Source of the DNA: an uncultured Gammaproteobacteria bacterium
GTDB lineage: Bacteria > Patescibacteriota > Patescibacteriia > UBA9934 > GWF2-40-263
Assembly (NCBI GenBank): GCA_964374035.1
Contig: CAYJWY010000001.1
Coordinates: forward strand, 1-63,913
Direction of reading: 5' to 3'
DNA: 63,913 bases
Each line of letters opens with the position of its first letter. Within the stretch, counting starts at the first letter, position 1. Below the pieces are notes generated by a model. The model did no database searches. It saw nothing but the letters and a program-made list of their open reading frames with translations, and was not told the DNA's origin. This document shows positions 60,714-63,913 of this stretch, piece by piece. The translations under genes and the position numbers were made by a program.

Positions 60714-63340
60714 AGGGCTTCAGCTTTTTCTATGCGAATTCCATCTTTTTCCAGAACGATGGTATCGCGCCGTCGGACATCGCCTTGCAGAAGTGCGTTC
60801 GCGATCGCGTTGTCGACTTCTTCTTGAATGATGCGGCGCAGGGGTCGTGCGCCGAACTTTGGATCAAAGCCCTTCTGGGCAAGCATTGCAACGACCTCGT
60901 CTGAAGCGCGAAAATTCATACCTTTTGGTTCAAGACGCTTGGCAACTTGGGCAATCATTAACTGAGCGATCTCAACGAGTTCATCTTGCGAGAGCGGCTT
61001 GAATACAATAATTCCGTCGAATCGGTTCAGGAGTTCCGGTCGGTAGTATTCTCGCAACGTTTCCTCGATGAGCGTTGTCTTGATCGTATCGAGGTCGAGA
61101 TGTTGTGCTGTGGCTTCTTGAATATACTGCGTGCCGGCATTCGACGTTGCTATGATAACCGCGTTCGTAAAATCAACGGTTCGACCCGCCGCATCCGTGA
61201 GACGGCCATCGTCAAAGACTTGAAGAAACACGTTCAAGATATTCTTGTCGGCTTTTTCAAACTCGTCGAGGAGAACGATCGTGAATGGATTCTTTCGAAT
61301 CGCTTCCGTGAGCAATCCCCCGCTCTGAGAATTTGGATCGCCGATCAATCGACTGATGCTCGAGGGGTCTTGATACTCGGACATATCCAGACGCACCATC
61401 GCGTCCTCGCTTCCGAAATACGTTTCCGCAATCGTCTTGGCAAGTTCTGTTTTTCCAACACCGGTTGGACCGAGAAACAGGAACGTCGCGATCGGTCGCT
61501 TTTCTGATCGCAGATCGGTACGCGCTCGACGCAGAGCAGACGCAACGGCGGAGACCGCTTCGTTTTGACCGATCATGCGTTCGTGCATGCGCTCCTCAAG
61601 ATGCAACAACGTATCTTTCTCCTCTTCTTGCACGCTCGTGAGTGGAACATTTGTTTTCTCCGCGACGATGCGTGCAATGTCTTGATCGGTCACAAAACTA
61701 TCCGCTCCTCGCGATTTTGCAACAAAGAGCGCGGTTTCGCGTGCAATCTCGATTGCCTTCTTTGGCAAGTAACTCTCGTGCATATAGCGATCCGTCAACT
61801 GAACACATTTCTCAAGCGCGAGATAATTGAAGATGACATTGTGCTCAAACTCAATCGCTCCGACTTTCGATTCGAGAATATGAATCGCTTCCGTTTCATC
61901 CGGTTCGCGGACTTCCACTTTTTGAAAGACGCGGCTCAAAATAGAATTCTCAATCACGGCCGAGTACGCGCGCGGACTTGTCGTTGCAATCGCAAACGTT
62001 CCACTTCGGGAAAGGAAGTCAACAAGTGTTGCAGAAAGATCCGCCGTCTCACCCGATCCCGACGTGACGCCGGTCATCTGTTCAATATCCGTAATGGCAA
62101 GAACAATGTTGCCGGAACGCATGACTTCATTAAGCGCAAGGATCAACCGTTCTTGAGCTTCTGAGGCCGACGCGCCCGAGATCAAATGTGGAATAGAGAT
62201 ACGCACGAGGCGCTTGTCTTTCAGAACGTCGGGTACACGTTCCTCAACCATTAACTGTGCAATTCCTGACAAAAGCGCGGTCTTTCCCACACCTTCTGGA
62301 CCCACGAGCATGACGCTTTCGCGACCTCCTTCAATAATACGAAAAATTTCTTCGAGCTCACGATCGCGACCCACAAGAAGTGGAAGAGCGCCCTGAACAC
62401 CTGCCGTTGTCAGATCCTCCGAGAACGCATCGAGCATTGGCGTTGCAACGGAAGTCATCGCACGATTCATCGGACCGGTCGGTTTGAACAAAGCCGCTTT
62501 GTGAAACTGTTCATAGCGCTCGCGCATTTTCTCGTGAATACGAACCCACTCAACCATGTTGGCGAATTGATCAGCCGAGACACCTTGATCGATCAGTAAC
62601 TCTTGAACGAATGGCTCGCGCTTGTATGCTTCAAAAAAAAGTTCGAGGGCGGTGACGGATTCGCGTTGTTGAACGAATGCATTCACAAACGCGGACAAAA
62701 TCGTTTCGATAGATTGCGTTGAGACCGTTAATGGCGTGCCGAGTTGGCGAAGACTCAGACGTCGGCCGAGCGGCTCTTTAATTTGATCGAACGAAAGGCC
62801 GAGTCGTGAGAACACCGCGCCGGCATTCGAGTCGTCGAGCGCACCGATGAACAGGTGAAGCGGGTCGACAGATTTGTGACCGAACTTGTTTGCAAGCGAA
62901 AACGCCGCGTCGACCGACGCATCCATGGAACCATCGAACACATCCGCGATATTAACTTCATTCTTGGACCACGGCTGTTCTTCGAGTTGCGGGACGATGT
63001 CTTCACGCAAAAACTTCGGCATCAAGAGACGACGTTGTTTTGCTCGAACAAGATGTGAGAACAAGAGTGCGACGATCAGCCCTGCTGTCGAGAGTAACAT
63101 GCCACCCCAAGATGGTGACAACCAAAACGCGCTCGAAAAAATACGAAACACATCTCCATTGATAAATACAATGAAGAGTCCAAACAAACAGAAAACTAGA
63201 AACAATACAAACAGCGAAACGCTCGCGACCTTCACCGCTTGATCGTCGGCCGCGCGCTTTTGAATCGCGGTCTCTGACATTTCTTCAGACCAGCGATACA
63301 CCGTGTTGTGAATCGTTACGCCAAGTGCCATATCATCCAA
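60710..63340 (-). CDS. membrane-anchored Clp/Hsp100 AAA+ ATPase (ClpC/ClpB-like, two NBDs)
   Basis: In order: two N-terminal TM helices; Clp_N-like repeats; NBD1 with GPEGVGKTAL; NBD2 with GPTGVGKTELAK and VLLDEFEKA; and the sensor region GARPLRR. Confidence 0.85.
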   Translation of the reverse strand: MDDMALGVTIHNTVYRWSEEMSETAIQKRAADDQAVKVASVSLFVLFLVFCLFGLFIVFINGDVFRIFSSAFWLSPSWGGMLLSTAGLIVALLFSHLVRAKQRRLLMPKFLREDIVPQLEEQPWSKNEVNIADVFDGSMDASVDAAFSLANKFGHKSVDPLHLFIGALDDSNAGAVFSRLGLSFDQIKEPLGRRLSLRQLGTPLTVSTQSIETILSAFVNAFVQQRESVTALELFFEAYKREPFVQELLIDQGVSADQFANMVEWVRIHEKMRERYEQFHKAALFKPTGPMNRAMTSVATPMLDAFSEDLTTAGVQGALPLLVGRDRELEEIFRIIEGGRESVMLVGPEGVGKTALLSGIAQLMVEERVPDVLKDKRLVRISIPHLISGASASEAQERLILALNEVMRSGNIVLAITDIEQMTGVTSGSGETADLSATLVDFLSRSGTFAIATTSPRAYSAVIENSILSRVFQKVEVREPDETEAIHILESKVGAIEFEHNVIFNYLALEKCVQLTDRYMHESYLPKKAIEIARETALFVAKSRGADSFVTDQDIARIVAEKTNVPLTSVQEEEKDTLLHLEERMHERMIGQNEAVSAVASALRRARTDLRSEKRPIATFLFLGPTGVGKTELAKTIAETYFGSEDAMVRLDMSEYQDPSSISRLIGDPNSQSGGLLTEAIRKNPFTIVLLDEFEKADKNILNVFLQVFDDGRLTDAAGRTVDFTNAVIIATSNAGTQYIQEATAQHLDLDTIKTTLIEETLREYYRPELLNRFDGIIVFKPLSQDELVEIAQLMIAQVAKRLEPKGMNFRASDEVVAMLAQKGFDPKFGARPLRRIIQEEVDNAIANALLQGDVRRRDTIVLEKDGIRIEKAEAL

Positions 63341-63722
63341 ACATCACGCCAAGGAGGTTGATTAGAAACATGATCGCGAACAATGGAAGAGCGAAGACAT
63401 AAAGAAGAAATCCAATGGAGGCAATGACCGCCCAAATACCGACACCAAGTCCTCGAAACATGATGACGAACAAACGAATACCAAAACTAACCATCCGACC
63501 AACAGGCGTGTCGTCGCCGTACATGGGCACAAATAAATTTTTCACCCATACACCAAGGCCAAGTGTTTTGGAAACGTTCACGATCGACCTGCGAACAAGA
63601 TCAAGGACGTGTAAAAAACCCGAGGTGTACCACCAAAATGGGAGCAATATGAACTCGCGCGCTGTTTGCACGATCACAGAGCGAGCAAGCCTAGAAACAG
63701 AAACAGATGCCATAGAATTCAT
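63333..63722 (-). CDS. small membrane protein coupled to the Clp-like ATPase
   Basis: A 129-aa protein with about three TM helices. Its 8-nt overlap with the ATPase start suggests translational coupling. Confidence 0.45.
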   Translation of the reverse strand: MNSMASVSVSRLARSVIVQTAREFILLPFWWYTSGFLHVLDLVRRSIVNVSKTLGLGVWVKNLFVPMYGDDTPVGRMVSFGIRLFVIMFRGLGVGIWAVIASIGFLLYVFALPLFAIMFLINLLGVMFG

Positions 63723-63777
63723 TATTGGTTATCCTGTATCTTCTCTTAATTTAGGAACAAACAAGATTTCATCGTTG

Positions 63778-63866
63778 TCCGTCATCCTGAGTGCATCCGA
63801 AGGATCTCTTGTGACAAAGACGTTCATAAAATCCAGAGATTCTTCGGGTGCACTCAGAATGACGAA
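63778..63866. repeat. D-family hairpin (GAAGGATC subtype)
   Basis: tccgtcatcctgagtgcatccgaaggatctc ... gagattcttcgggtgcactcagaatgacgaa. Confidence 0.8.
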
Positions 63867-63881
63867 TGGAAACTCGTTGTT

Positions 63882-63913
63882 GTCTGTCATCATGAGTGCA
63901 TCCGAAGGATCTC
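63882..63913. repeat. D-family hairpin, left arm only (window end)
   Basis: tgtctgtcatcatgagtgcatccgaaggatctc is nearly identical to 63778..63811. Confidence 0.7.

Noticed and set aside
1-63913. The possibility of an alternative genetic code (UGA as Gly, as in Gracilibacteria/Absconditabacteria) was considered.
   Set aside because: Conserved genes end at TGA where family alignments would place their C-termini (for example rlmD at 25550..25552 and pduL at 22530..22532). No conserved protein is split at an in-frame TGA. The standard bacterial code fits.

Overview
This is a gene-dense window coded mostly on the minus strand. It reads like a small, reduced bacterial genome of the Candidate Phyla Radiation / Patescibacteria type. 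That assignment is an inference from gene content, truncated core proteins and gene order. TGA is used as a stop codon, so this is not genetic code 25. No rRNA, tRNA or CRISPR array was seen.

Housekeeping content includes:
- A ribosomal/rpoA block: infA-rpmJ-rpsM-rpsK-rpsD-rpoA-rplQ-rplM-rpsI.
- alaS, murJ, era, mnmA, uppP, secD, secF, secA, hpf, murB, murC, glyA, folD, dnaB, ybaB, recR and rplU.
- A surface-glycan cluster: an O-antigen-ligase-like protein, three glycosyltransferases and a flippase.
- A compact oxidative-stress cluster: SOD, 2-Cys peroxiredoxin, a glutaredoxin-like protein and a thioredoxin-like [2Fe-2S] ferredoxin.

The most unusual points are:
1. Several families of long hairpin repeats. 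Two of them (G and H) have one copy read through in frame inside a conserved gene (rlmD, mnmA) and a second copy in a spacer. Both have a conserved centre and basal stems that differ in sequence but stay complementary. secA, and possibly murC, carry similar palindrome-bearing extra loops.
2. SecD carries a parvulin-type PPIase module inserted in its extracytoplasmic loop. It sits in a tight operon with a VirD4/TraD-like ATPase (with a zinc ribbon and a long Lys/Pro tail) and a large membrane partner.
3. An IS200-like Y1 transposase (RAYT-like) is flanked on each side by pairs of GCTACCSGGTAGC hairpins, the layout called a REPtron.
4. A two-TM membrane-anchored Clp/Hsp100 ATPase is translationally coupled to a small membrane protein.
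5. rpoA encodes only the N-terminal domain.
6. Two orphan cytoplasmic proteins sit inside housekeeping context.

All homology calls come from reading the supplied translations. No database search was run.
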